A DNA stretch of 64,000 bases, taken from Acidimicrobiia bacterium. GTDB taxonomy: Bacteria > Actinomycetota > Acidimicrobiia > IMCC26256 > PALSA-610. Shown piece after piece: positions 38,214 to 47,083 of the stretch. The DNA is taken from assembly GCA_038239145.1 (NCBI GenBank), contig JBBSFB010000015.1:11270-75269 (forward strand), written 5' to 3'. The notes below the pieces were generated by a model, which was not told where the DNA came from, made no database searches, and saw only the letters and a program-made list of their open reading frames with translations. Numbering within the stretch: position 1 is the first letter of the stretch; each line of letters starts with the position of its first letter. The position numbers and the translations under genes were made by a program.

Positions 38214-38462
38214 TTACCCATGATCCCCATGAAGTCGTTGCGCGCTTGCCTGCTTCGCCATTCCTGAGCGGGCGCGGGCACCGCTTGCGCCCGTTTCGTC
38301 CGAGCTTCGAAAGCGGGCGGCATCGCCAGCTGCGGCCGAGAGCACCTGAATCGAGAACGCGTTCAACGACACTCCCGCCGCCGACGCAGCGCGACGAAGG
38401 CTTTCACGCAGCTGCGGTGACATTCGTAGATGCACCGAGGCGGGCTCTCGATCGCGTCGCAT
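38214..38462 (-). CDS. Ribbon-helix-helix (Arc/HicB-C-terminal-like) DNA-binding protein
   Basis: VHLRMSPQLRESLRRAASAAGVSLNAFSIQVL matches the RHH beta-alpha-alpha pattern. The C-terminal extent is uncertain because an overlapping ORF exists in another frame. Confidence 0.5.
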   Translation of the reverse strand: MRRDREPASVHLRMSPQLRESLRRAASAAGVSLNAFSIQVLSAAAGDAARFRSSDETGASGARARSGMAKQASAQRLHGDHG

Positions 38463-38509
38463 CGACGGAAGCTACGGGCGGGGTGAGACAGGCACGCCCA
38501 CGAAAACGA

Positions 38510-38569
38510 CGTGGTCCCGCCGGCGGGCCCGCCCGTGGTACCGCCCGTGGTCCCGCCGGCGGTACCACT
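38510..38569 (+). repeat. Five tandem 12-nt units (consensus CGTGGTCCCGCC)
   Basis: cgtggtcccgcc ggcgggcccgcc cgtggtaccgcc cgtggtcccgcc ggcggtaccact. It lies in the divergent intergenic region between the RHH gene and the ferritin-like gene. Confidence 0.85.
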
Positions 38570-38727
38570 CGAATTTGGTGGGCCCTCTGCGAACGGCCGG
38601 CTCGAGGGCGCCGTCGCAACGAGTACGTAGGAACTACTGAGACCGAGATTCTTGAACGGTCGTCATCCGGAAACCCGGGCCGCTCCGAAGTACGGGAGTT
38701 CGCGTTCCGAGAGACCCGGAGGAACTT

Positions 38728-39561
38728 ATGAGTATCGACGAACGAGCGATCGGCTCGCTGATCGAGGAATCGAAGGATCTGCACAGCGATTCGATGCACA
38801 CGACCCGCGCATCGCTGCAGGAGCTGGTCGAAGTCGGGCGAGAAGACGCCACCGACCGAGCCGAGCGCCACCCGTCCACGGAGGAGCGCAACGCGCTGCT
38901 CCGCCACGGCATCGGAGGGGGTAAGGCCCTCGCCGCGATCGGCGCCGGTGGCGCACTGCTCGCGCTGATGGCCCGACCTGCGTTCGCCGACCAGAGTGCC
39001 GACGTGCAGATGCTGCAGACGGCGACGTCGATCGAGATCCTCGCGGTCGCCACGTACACCGCGGCCCTCGGCCTGTCGTTCGCAGGCTCGTTGCCGAAGG
39101 TCGTGCAGACGTTCGCCACGACCACGAAGCAACAGCACATGGATCACATGTCGGCATTCGCCGCCGCCACCAAGGCGCTCGGCGGTACCGCCCAGACCAG
39201 TCCCGACCCGGTTTTGCTCGACGTGGTCAACAAGGCCAAGCCCGGTCTCACCGGTGCGGTCCCGTTGGTCGAGCTCGCAATCACACTCGAGATGGGCGCG
39301 GCCGAGACATACGTCGCCTTCGTGACGACGTTGTCCGACAAGAACGCACGCAACACGACAGCCAGCATCATGGGCGTCGAGGCCCAGCACGTCGCGGTGT
39401 TGAACGCGGTCAAGGCGCTCGTTGCCGCCGGACACCCCGAGTACATCACCCTCCCCCCGCCGGCGGCGAAGTTGCCCGCGGCGGCGGGCAGCGTCGGATT
39501 CCCCGACGCGTTCTACCCCTACGACATGGCCCGTCCGGCCGCTGAAGGAGCCGTCAAATGA
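38728..39561 (+). CDS. Ferritin-like domain protein with one N-proximal hydrophobic segment
   Basis: DVQMLQTATSIEILAVATYTAAL and LEMGAAETYV are typical of Ferritin_2-type domains. A ~60-aa N-terminal extension precedes the TM/signal segment. Confidence 0.7.
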   Translation: MSIDERAIGSLIEESKDLHSDSMHTTRASLQELVEVGREDATDRAERHPSTEERNALLRHGIGGGKALAAIGAGGALLALMARPAFADQSADVQMLQTATSIEILAVATYTAALGLSFAGSLPKVVQTFATTTKQQHMDHMSAFAAATKALGGTAQTSPDPVLLDVVNKAKPGLTGAVPLVELAITLEMGAAETYVAFVTTLSDKNARNTTASIMGVEAQHVAVLNAVKALVAAGHPEYITLPPPAAKLPAAAGSVGFPDAFYPYDMARPAAEGAVK

Positions 39562-40379
39562 GCGCCGACAAGCACGAGCCGATGCAGATCAGCGAGGGCG
39601 AGCTGCGGTTGATGACCGCCGACATGGACGAGATGCACCACGCCACGCTCCCGGTGATGAAGGAAGCGCTGGCGGAGTGGGCCGAGCTGCATCAGCAGAT
39701 GCGGACCGGTATCTCCAAGGTCGTCCCGAGCCGGCGCGGCTTCCTCATGGGCGCCGGAGTGGCGCTCGGCGGAATCGCACTCGCCGCATGCGGCAGCAGC
39801 AGCAAGTCGTCTTCGGCCGGGAGCACCACTACCCCGTCGAGCGCGGGTTCTGCCACCACCACCGGCGGCAAGCTCACCGGTGACCTTGCGGTCGTCGCGC
39901 TTGCGGCTTCGTTGGAGAACCTCGCAGTGTCGGTGTACGGCGCGGGCATCGCGGCAGCAACTGCCGGGAAGCTCGGCGCGGTGCCGCCCGCGGTCGTCAC
40001 CTTCGCCACCACGGCGAAGTCGCACCACACCCAGCACGCCGCGGCCTGGAACGCGGTGCTCTCGGGTGCGAACGAGCAGCCGATCACCGGTGTGGACAAG
40101 ACGGTCAAGGACGCGGTCACCGACCCCGCTCTTGCCAAGGTCAAGGACGTCGGTGGTCTTGCGACCCTGGCCCTGACCTTGGAGAACGTGGCCGCGGCGA
40201 CGTACCTCGAGGCGATCAGCGTGGTGGCGGCTCCGGCCGGCATCAAGACGGCAGCGACCATCGAGCCCGTCGAGCTCCAGCACGCTGCGATCCTGAGCTT
40301 CGTGCTCGGGAAGTACCCCGTGCCCGACACGTTCACGAAGATGGACGGAGCCCGCCCGCTCTCTGACGTGATCGCCTGA
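39558..40379 (+). CDS. Ferritin-like domain lipoprotein with a Tat-type signal
   Basis: SRRGFLMGAGVALGGIALAAC|GSS (twin-arginine plus lipobox), then LAVVALAASLENLAVSVY and LENVAAATYL. ATGA overlap with the upstream paralog. Confidence 0.7.
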   Translation: MSADKHEPMQISEGELRLMTADMDEMHHATLPVMKEALAEWAELHQQMRTGISKVVPSRRGFLMGAGVALGGIALAACGSSSKSSSAGSTTTPSSAGSATTTGGKLTGDLAVVALAASLENLAVSVYGAGIAAATAGKLGAVPPAVVTFATTAKSHHTQHAAAWNAVLSGANEQPITGVDKTVKDAVTDPALAKVKDVGGLATLALTLENVAAATYLEAISVVAAPAGIKTAATIEPVELQHAAILSFVLGKYPVPDTFTKMDGARPLSDVIA

Positions 40380-40497
40380 AGCGCGAGTTCCTCGATCCGA
40401 TCGGGCCCGCGGGGCGGGTTGCCCGGTCGGGTCGAGAGCTCCGGAAATGGCTGGTGAAGCCGCCCAGACCGTTTCGCCGGGAGCTCCGTAGACCATA

Positions 40498-42081
40498 ATG
40501 AACCTGGTGAACGACGCTACGGAGTCTGCAGTCGCGTCCGAACGCGCCGGCAACGGGTGGCCGCGAGGCACCACCGTCGCCCTCGGCGCGGCCGGCGCGC
40601 TCGGAATGGTGCTGATCACCGTCTCCGGAGTCGCGGTCGGTCCGACCGGTCCGACCGGCTCTTCCGTCGAGCGCGTGATCCTCGCGCTCGTTCCCAAGGG
40701 CACCGCGGGAACCGTCCTCGGCGCAGCCACGATGACCGCCGGTCTCGCGCTCGTGCTCGGCTCGTGGCTGGTCCTCGGCCTCCTCCTGCGCCGCGGCGCC
40801 GAGCTGCGCCCGCTGTTCCGGATCACGTGTGCGTGGGCGGCGCCGTTGTTGATCGGACCGCCCATCTTCAGCCGTGATCTCTACAGCTACGCGGCCGACG
40901 GGATGATGGTCGTCCGCCACATCAGTCCTTACGAGCACGGCCCGGCCGTGCTCGGCGCGTCGAAGTTCCTGTCGCCCGTCAGTCATGCGTGGCTCACGAC
41001 CCCGTCGCCGTATGGCCCGCTCTTCTTGCGCATCGCGAACGCCGCGGCGCGCCTCTCGGGCGGGAGCGTCGTCAGCGCGATCATGATCCTGCGCCTGTTC
41101 GAGGTCGCCGGTGTCGTGCTGATCGCGATGTCACTTCCGACGTTGGCGCGCGCGGCCGGCAAGGACCCGGCGCGCGCGATCTGGCTCGGTGTCTGCAACC
41201 CGCTCGTCTTGTTCCATTTCATCGGTGGCGGACACAACGACGCGCTGATGATCGGTCTCATCGTCGCCGGTCTCGCGGTCGGCGTCACCCATCGCCGGCC
41301 CGCACTCGGCGTGCTCTTGTGCGTCGTCGCCGCGACGATCAAGGCGCCGGCCGTCATACCGGCCGCGTTCATCATCTTCGACGCGGCACGAAACGCCCCG
41401 GCCGAGCGTCGGGTGTCGACGTTCACCAAGCTCGCGGGGGTCGGGTCGGTGTCGTTCATCGGTCTGTCGTGGGCCTGCGGGCTCGGTTGGGGCTGGATCG
41501 GCGCGCTCGGTATTCCCGGGACGAACCGCACCCTGCTCACGCCCACCACATTTCTCGCGCACTGGATCTCGGTCGCCGTCGGTCACGAATCGCTGTTGCT
41601 CAGCCTCGTCCGGTTCGCGGCAGCGGGAGCCACCGTGCTCGGCGTCGCGTATCTGTTGTGGCGGGCACCGAAGATCGGGACGGTGCGAGCGTGCGGATTC
41701 GCGCTCGCGCTCATCGTCGCGCTCGGCCCGGTCGTGTTGCCGTGGTACGCGCTCTGGGGACTCGTGGTGCTTGCCGCGGTCGGCCGGCGCATCGAGCGCG
41801 GTTACGCGATCTTCGCATCGCTGGTACTCGCGGTCACCGTGCAACCTTCGGGTTCGTCGATGCCTGACATCGTGCTGATGGCGGCCGTCGTCGTGCTGAC
41901 CGCGCTGGCGATCGCCATCGCGTGGAAGCCGGTGCGCACGTGGATCCGCACCGACCTCCGGATCGCCATCGAGGAGTACCGGCGTCGCGGTCGGATCACG
42001 CAGAGCGCGGACGTGTTACGCCTCGCAGTGCCGAACGCCTGGTCGGCGCGTTCACGCGCGTCGGAGCCTCCCGCTGCCTGA
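40498..42081 (+). CDS. GT-C-type polyprenol-phosphate-mannose-dependent mannosyltransferase (MptB-like)
   Basis: Polytopic, 527 aa. The loop motif FSRDLYSYAADG...ISPYEHGP...TTPSPYGPLF resembles the MptB family. Confidence 0.6.
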   Translation: MNLVNDATESAVASERAGNGWPRGTTVALGAAGALGMVLITVSGVAVGPTGPTGSSVERVILALVPKGTAGTVLGAATMTAGLALVLGSWLVLGLLLRRGAELRPLFRITCAWAAPLLIGPPIFSRDLYSYAADGMMVVRHISPYEHGPAVLGASKFLSPVSHAWLTTPSPYGPLFLRIANAAARLSGGSVVSAIMILRLFEVAGVVLIAMSLPTLARAAGKDPARAIWLGVCNPLVLFHFIGGGHNDALMIGLIVAGLAVGVTHRRPALGVLLCVVAATIKAPAVIPAAFIIFDAARNAPAERRVSTFTKLAGVGSVSFIGLSWACGLGWGWIGALGIPGTNRTLLTPTTFLAHWISVAVGHESLLLSLVRFAAAGATVLGVAYLLWRAPKIGTVRACGFALALIVALGPVVLPWYALWGLVVLAAVGRRIERGYAIFASLVLAVTVQPSGSSMPDIVLMAAVVVLTALAIAIAWKPVRTWIRTDLRIAIEEYRRRGRITQSADVLRLAVPNAWSARSRASEPPAA

Positions 42082-42124
42082 TCGGCGCGCCTTTGTCGCT
42101 CACGCGTCGCGGTAACTTCGACTG

Positions 42125-42937
42125 ATGGCCGTCTCGACCGCGGTACGCCGCATCGGGGCCGGCGTCGTCGTCATCGCACTCGTCGCCGGCGCGGCGATCG
42201 CTGTCATAGTTCTGCGCCACCACAGCGCGGCCGTCACCTCGTGCCAGGTGAACGCGGGTGGGACGACGTATACGATCGACGTCGAGCAGGCCGCGAACTC
42301 GGCGACCATCGCCGCGGTGGGCAAGCGGCTCGGGCTGGCGGATCATGCGGTCACGATCGCGCTGGCAACGTCGTTGCAGGAATCGAAGCTACGCAACCTT
42401 CCCTACGGCGACCGCGACTCGTTGGGCTTGTTCCAGCAGCGCCCGTCCCAGGGTTGGGGCACGGCCACCGAGATCCTGACGCCGAGCTACTCGGCCGCCG
42501 CGTTCTACCGGGCCCTCATCAAGGTGCCGTCGTGGTCGACACTGCCGATCACGGTCGCGGCGCAGAAGGTGCAGCTCAGCGGGGCCCCGAGCGCGTACGC
42601 GCAATGGGAGTCCGAAGCCCGCACCCTCGCGATCGCGTTCACGGGCGAGGCCGCGGCCGGCCTCACCTGTCGCTTCCCGCTGCCGCGCTCCGCGGTTGCG
42701 GCGCCCATCGTGATGCCGGGCCTGGCGAACGAGCTCGGGGTGTCGTCGCTCGACGGCGCGTTCCCGTCGGCCCGCGGCTGGACGATCGCATCCTGGCTGG
42801 TCGGCCACGCCCAGCAGTTCCGGGTCACCACCGTGTCGTACCGCGGGCAGGAGTGGCGCGCGTCAACGGGACGCTGGCGGTCGACGCCCGTGAACGACGG
42901 CCGGGTCCGCTTCGAGCAACAGGCCGCAACGACGTGA
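42125..42937 (+). CDS. Conserved actinobacterial membrane-anchored hypothetical protein
   Basis: N-terminal TM segment. The LQESKLRNLPYGDRDSLGLFQQRPSQGWG motif is one I recall from conserved actinobacterial hypothetical proteins. Confidence 0.6.
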   Translation: MAVSTAVRRIGAGVVVIALVAGAAIAVIVLRHHSAAVTSCQVNAGGTTYTIDVEQAANSATIAAVGKRLGLADHAVTIALATSLQESKLRNLPYGDRDSLGLFQQRPSQGWGTATEILTPSYSAAAFYRALIKVPSWSTLPITVAAQKVQLSGAPSAYAQWESEARTLAIAFTGEAAAGLTCRFPLPRSAVAAPIVMPGLANELGVSSLDGAFPSARGWTIASWLVGHAQQFRVTTVSYRGQEWRASTGRWRSTPVNDGRVRFEQQAATT

Positions 42938-42940
42938 GCT

Positions 42941-43795
42941 TCAGCTCTCGGCGTGATTGTGCGTACCCATGAACTGCGCCTGCCCGAACGGAGGATGGTC
43001 CTCGTCGATCCAGCGGATCGACGCCGCATGCGCACGGTCGATCAGCTCGGCCGAGTGGGAGAAGTCGATCGGCGACACGGTCACCGGGCACAACGGCGGG
43101 AGCACGTGCAGCTCGACCGCGGACTCGTACCGCTCGACGTCGATGATCAGTTGCTTGTGCAGCAACAGGCTCAAGGCGTGCAACGCCATCGCGAGCGCAC
43201 TCGCGGGCGGCTCGTCGAGCGCGCACTCGTACCCGGCGCTCAGAACCCATATCTGATCGACACCTGCAACTCCGACCGCGTGCGAGATCGGCGTGTTGTT
43301 GCCGACGCCACCGTCCATGTAGGCAACGCCCTCGATCTCGACCGGATCGAACAGCGCCGGCAGTGCTGCGCTGGCGAGCACCGAATCGACCGCAGGCCCT
43401 GACGACAGCAGCACGTCTCGCCCGGTCAGCACCTCGACCGCGACCACGTGCAAAGACACCGCCGCGTCCTCGATCCGCTCGAAGGTCACGTGCTCGTCGA
43501 TCAAGGCCCGCAGCGGGTGCGAGTCGAAGAGACTCCGCCGGCGGCCGGTGAGCGCGAGCACGCCCCGGCGCGCATCGGTCGGGAACACGTCGCCCCGATG
43601 CAAACCGCGCCAGATCTCGGCGAGGTGGTCGATGGGGTCGTCCGGATGGCCGGCGAGCCACGCACCGTTCAGGGCCCCGACCGAGGTTCCCACGATCACG
43701 TCGGGCCGGATACCGCGCTCGCGGAGCGCCGCGAGCATGCCCACTTCGACCGCTCCGAGGCTGGCGCCACCGGAGAGAACGAACGCAACGCCCAT
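42941..43795 (-). CDS. Patatin-like phospholipase
   Basis: VLSGGASLG oxyanion motif and GTSVGALNG (G-x-S-x-G). Confidence 0.9.
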   Translation of the reverse strand: MGVAFVLSGGASLGAVEVGMLAALRERGIRPDVIVGTSVGALNGAWLAGHPDDPIDHLAEIWRGLHRGDVFPTDARRGVLALTGRRRSLFDSHPLRALIDEHVTFERIEDAAVSLHVVAVEVLTGRDVLLSSGPAVDSVLASAALPALFDPVEIEGVAYMDGGVGNNTPISHAVGVAGVDQIWVLSAGYECALDEPPASALAMALHALSLLLHKQLIIDVERYESAVELHVLPPLCPVTVSPIDFSHSAELIDRAHAASIRWIDEDHPPFGQAQFMGTHNHAES

Positions 43796-43836
43796 TAGCG
43801 AGACGCTACCGGCGCCGGGTCGGGCCCGGACCGCGA

Positions 43837-44646
43837 TCAGAGACCGGGGAAGACCCGGCGCAACTCCGAGAGGTCGACACCGGACAGCGTCGCCGGCGTG
43901 TGTCCCGGGTCGAGACCGCCGTACACCAGCCGGATGAACGGCTCAGCCGGGATCTCGAGATCGACGGCGTAGTTGGCCGAGCGCGGCGAGAGCGAGATCG
44001 AGTCGGCGCCGAGCGCGAGCGTGAAGTCGCGATCCGGCTCCGACGTACGCACGTGAAGTGTGCGCTCCACCCCGATGGGCTTGCCCGCGAAGCCCACGAT
44101 CGATTCCAGCCGGTCGACGATCTCGGGAACCGCGTAGGCCGCGACCGTGGCATCCGGGTCGAGCGAGACCTCGACGTCCCAGGTGTGCAAGGCGTGCTCG
44201 TTCAGGCGAAGCGAGACGAAGCTCGGGAAGTCGAGACGCATCGGCCCGAACACGATGTCGACCTTCTCTCGTTCGTCGTAGGTGAGCGACATGAGCGCCT
44301 CGACCAACGCCCGATCGACTGCGAGCGCGTCGGCGGCCTTCGCTTCGGGCGACTTCGCGTTCCACGTGTCCCAGATCGGGCGGGCGAAGTCGTCGTCGGG
44401 CACGGTGCCGGCGCGGGACGCGTCGAACCGCGCCCGGAAGATTTCGGCACTCGAGCCGACGTGGGAGAGGACGTCAGCGATCGTCCACTCCCACGGATAC
44501 GCCTGCCGGCGGAGCTCCTCGGGCCCGGGGACTGCCCAAAGTCCCCGCGCGCATCCGTCACGCTCCCCATCCCTCGGGCCCGGCGGCGAGACGACCCGCG
44601 GCCGGAGCCGGTCCGCCCGGGCGTCCAGAGAATGCGCACGAGCCAC
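43837..44646 (-). CDS. Mycothiol-dependent maleylpyruvate isomerase-type (DinB/MDMPI N-terminal domain) protein
   Basis: WTIADVLSHVGSSAEIF ... and a C-terminal region typical of the TIGR03083-like family. The start is taken at GTG 44646 and is uncertain. Confidence 0.65.
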   Translation of the reverse strand: MARAHSLDARADRLRPRVVSPPGPRDGERDGCARGLWAVPGPEELRRQAYPWEWTIADVLSHVGSSAEIFRARFDASRAGTVPDDDFARPIWDTWNAKSPEAKAADALAVDRALVEALMSLTYDEREKVDIVFGPMRLDFPSFVSLRLNEHALHTWDVEVSLDPDATVAAYAVPEIVDRLESIVGFAGKPIGVERTLHVRTSEPDRDFTLALGADSISLSPRSANYAVDLEIPAEPFIRLVYGGLDPGHTPATLSGVDLSELRRVFPGL

Positions 44647-44679
44647 CGGACACGTGAGGTTCCCGTCCTGCCGACGAAC

Positions 44680-45321
44680 GTGCAGCTCGACATCCGCCCG
44701 CTGACTCCCAACATCGGCGCCGAGATCCGTGGGCACGCTTGTTCCGAGCCGTTCGACCCCGAAACACTGGCCGCGGTGCGCGCCGCGTGGCTCGAGCACC
44801 TCGTCATGTTCTTTCCCGACCAATGACTCACCCCCGGCACCCAGGCCGGCTTCGCGGCGCAGTTCGGTGAGATCACCGAAGGTCACCCGGTCGAACCGTC
44901 ACTGCCCGCGAACCCGAACGTGCTGCCTATCGACAGCGTGAAGGACCGCACGAACTTGTGGCACACCGACGTGACGTTCATGTCGAAGCCGCCGACGGGA
45001 TCGTTCCTATACACGGTAACGCTGCCGGAGTCGGGCGGCGACACGATGTGGGCGAACACCCGCGCCGCGTCCGACGCGCTCGCGGCTGCGTTTCTGCGGA
45101 TGCTGTACGACCACATGACCCAGTACCAGTTCATCGCCCGATACCGCTGGCAGCCCGGGTCGCTCGCGTTCTGGGACAACCGAACGACGATGCACTACGG
45201 CATCTACGACTACGGCGACGACCACCGGGCCATGCACCGGGTCACGCTCGAAGGCGACCGGACGTCGGCGCAACCCGTTGCCGCGAACGCCGACGCAGAT
45301 CGTGGAAGGATCCCGGCATGA
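44680..45321 (+). pseudogene. TauD/TfdA-family 2-oxoglutarate dioxygenase with an in-frame TGA (44824-44826) and an apparent internal deletion
   Basis: Both track ORFs (43900-44826 and 44920-45321) are in the same frame. Conserved residues continue straight across the stop (FFPDQ*LTPGTQAGFAAQFGE). WHTDVTF and WDNRTTMHY...MHRVTLEGD are present, but the total is only ~213 codons versus ~280-300 typical. Confidence 0.75.
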
Positions 45322-45491
45322 CGCATTACAAGGTCGGCGACAAGGTCATCATCACCGAAGGCGACTTCAAGGGCGAGCGCGGCGCGATCACCGACAAGCA
45401 TGTGATCGGCGACGGGCTGACGGTGGCGTTGGAGAAGCACGGCAAAGAGATCAAGACGCACGAGGCCCACGTCAACAAGGTCGACGACTAG
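45318..45491 (+). CDS. Small KOW/Tudor-like domain protein
   Basis: 57 aa. YKVGDKVIITEGDFKGERGAI resembles a KOW motif. ATGA overlap with the end of the TauD pseudogene. Confidence 0.55.
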   Translation: MTHYKVGDKVIITEGDFKGERGAITDKHVIGDGLTVALEKHGKEIKTHEAHVNKVDD

Positions 45492-45590
45492 CTCGACCTG
45501 TCAGCAAATGTGTCCGCCCGATCCGTCCGCCCGATGTGTCGGGCCGGAGGGCCGCTGGCGGCTCGCGTACGGGATGGGCATACTCGCCCG

Positions 45591-47066
45591 GTGGCTGACC
45601 TCCGGCGCGCACCGCTCGCCCTGATCTTCACCGCCGCAGTACTGGCGGCCGGATGCACTCCGTTGGTGCGGCACCTCCCGCCGGGTGCGCAACCCCCGCC
45701 CGCGCACGGAGCGCCCTCCGTCGCGACACTGAGCCACGACGGCAGGTGGTTCACCGACCCGATTGGTCGCGTCGTGATGCTGCGGGGACTGGACTTCGTC
45801 GAGAAGTGGGCGCCGTACACGCCCGAAGCCGACGGCTTCGGCGACGACGACGCTGCGCTCCTCGCCGCGAACGGCTTCAACACGATCCGGCTCGGGATCC
45901 CATTCGAGTTCCTGATGCCGACCCCCGGCAAGATCGACCGCGCGTACCTCGCGTCGATCGCGAAGACGGTCGTGACCCTCGAACGCCACCACATCTACGC
46001 GCTGCTCGACTTCCACCAGGACGGTTGGGGCCCGGTCACCAACGGCAACGGCATGCCCGCGTGGATGACCTACACCGACGGGCTCCCCAACCCACCCGAC
46101 CCGTTCCCGACGTACTACGTCACGAACCCGGCGTTGCAGCGCGCGTTCGACAACTTCTGGGCGAACCGGGCCGGGCCCGACGGCATTCCACTGCAGACGT
46201 ACTACGCGCGCGGCATGGTTGCAGTCGCGCAGCGCCTCGGGTCGAGCTCGAATCTCCTCGGCTACGAAGCGATGAACGAGCCGTGGCCAGGCTCCACCTT
46301 CGCGACGTGCGGGACGGGTTGCCCCGACCTCGAAGCGAAGTTGCTGGCACCCTTCTACGCGCGGATGACCGCCGCCGTTCGCACCGTGGATCGTCGTCAT
46401 CCCGTATTCGTCGAGCCGTTCTCGCTGTTCAACTTCGGCGGCGCCGACACGTCAATCCCGGGCGGGTCGACGAAGGATGCGCTCTCGACCCACGCCTACG
46501 CGCTGAGCGCGGCCGCGAACGCGTCGGTCATGGATCGCAGCGTGGCCGCGGCGACGCGCGACCACGCCGCGCTGTTGATGACGGAGTGGGGCGCGGTGAA
46601 CGACCCGGCAACGCTGGTCCAGTTCGAGGACCAGTTCGACGCGCGCCTCGTTCCCTGGCTGTTCTGGTCGTACAACGGTCTCGTAGTGTCCGACAGCAAC
46701 AAGCCGCTCGAAGCGCCGAACGTGAACGTCACGGTGCTGAACGCCTTGACCCGTCCGTACCCGACGTCGATCAACGGAACGCCGACCCAGCTCGGCTACG
46801 ACACCGCAACGGCGACCTTGAACTTCGCGTACTCGACCACTCGACCGAACGGGCGCCGGGCCGCGCTCGGACCCGCAACGGTTGTCACCGTCCCGGCGCG
46901 CGATTACCCGAACGGCTACTCGGTGCACGCGACCGGTGCAAGCGTGACGTCGCGTCGGTGCGCGTCGACACTCACGCTCCGTAACCAGCCCGGGGCGACG
47001 ACAGTGTCGATCCGGATCACGCGGCTCGCGGCATCGGCGACCAAGTCCCGGTGCGCACACTCATGA
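45591..47066 (+). CDS. Glycoside hydrolase family 5 lipoprotein (endoglycoceramidase/cellulase-like)
   Basis: Lipobox VLAAGC. NTIRLGIPFEF, LDFHQDGWGP and EAMNEPWPG (NEP acid/base). The start is taken at GTG 45591. Confidence 0.8.
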   Translation: MADLRRAPLALIFTAAVLAAGCTPLVRHLPPGAQPPPAHGAPSVATLSHDGRWFTDPIGRVVMLRGLDFVEKWAPYTPEADGFGDDDAALLAANGFNTIRLGIPFEFLMPTPGKIDRAYLASIAKTVVTLERHHIYALLDFHQDGWGPVTNGNGMPAWMTYTDGLPNPPDPFPTYYVTNPALQRAFDNFWANRAGPDGIPLQTYYARGMVAVAQRLGSSSNLLGYEAMNEPWPGSTFATCGTGCPDLEAKLLAPFYARMTAAVRTVDRRHPVFVEPFSLFNFGGADTSIPGGSTKDALSTHAYALSAAANASVMDRSVAAATRDHAALLMTEWGAVNDPATLVQFEDQFDARLVPWLFWSYNGLVVSDSNKPLEAPNVNVTVLNALTRPYPTSINGTPTQLGYDTATATLNFAYSTTRPNGRRAALGPATVVTVPARDYPNGYSVHATGASVTSRRCASTLTLRNQPGATTVSIRITRLAASATKSRCAHS

Positions 47067-47083
47067 CGCTTCGCTGATCGGGC

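Noticed and set aside
38066-38323. An 85-aa ORF overlapping the 3' part of the RHH gene in another frame. Possible toxin partner, or a frameshifted continuation.
   Set aside because: It overlaps the RHH ORF by 110 nt, has no recognisable fold motif, and has no RBS. I cannot tell a real gene, a frameshift or a chance ORF apart without homologs.
44824-44826. The in-frame TGA in the TauD gene as a possible selenocysteine or programmed readthrough site.
   Set aside because: The aligned position in TauD-family proteins is not a catalytic Cys/Sec. I saw no obvious SECIS-like hairpin immediately downstream. The gene also carries an internal deletion, so pseudogenisation is the simpler reading.
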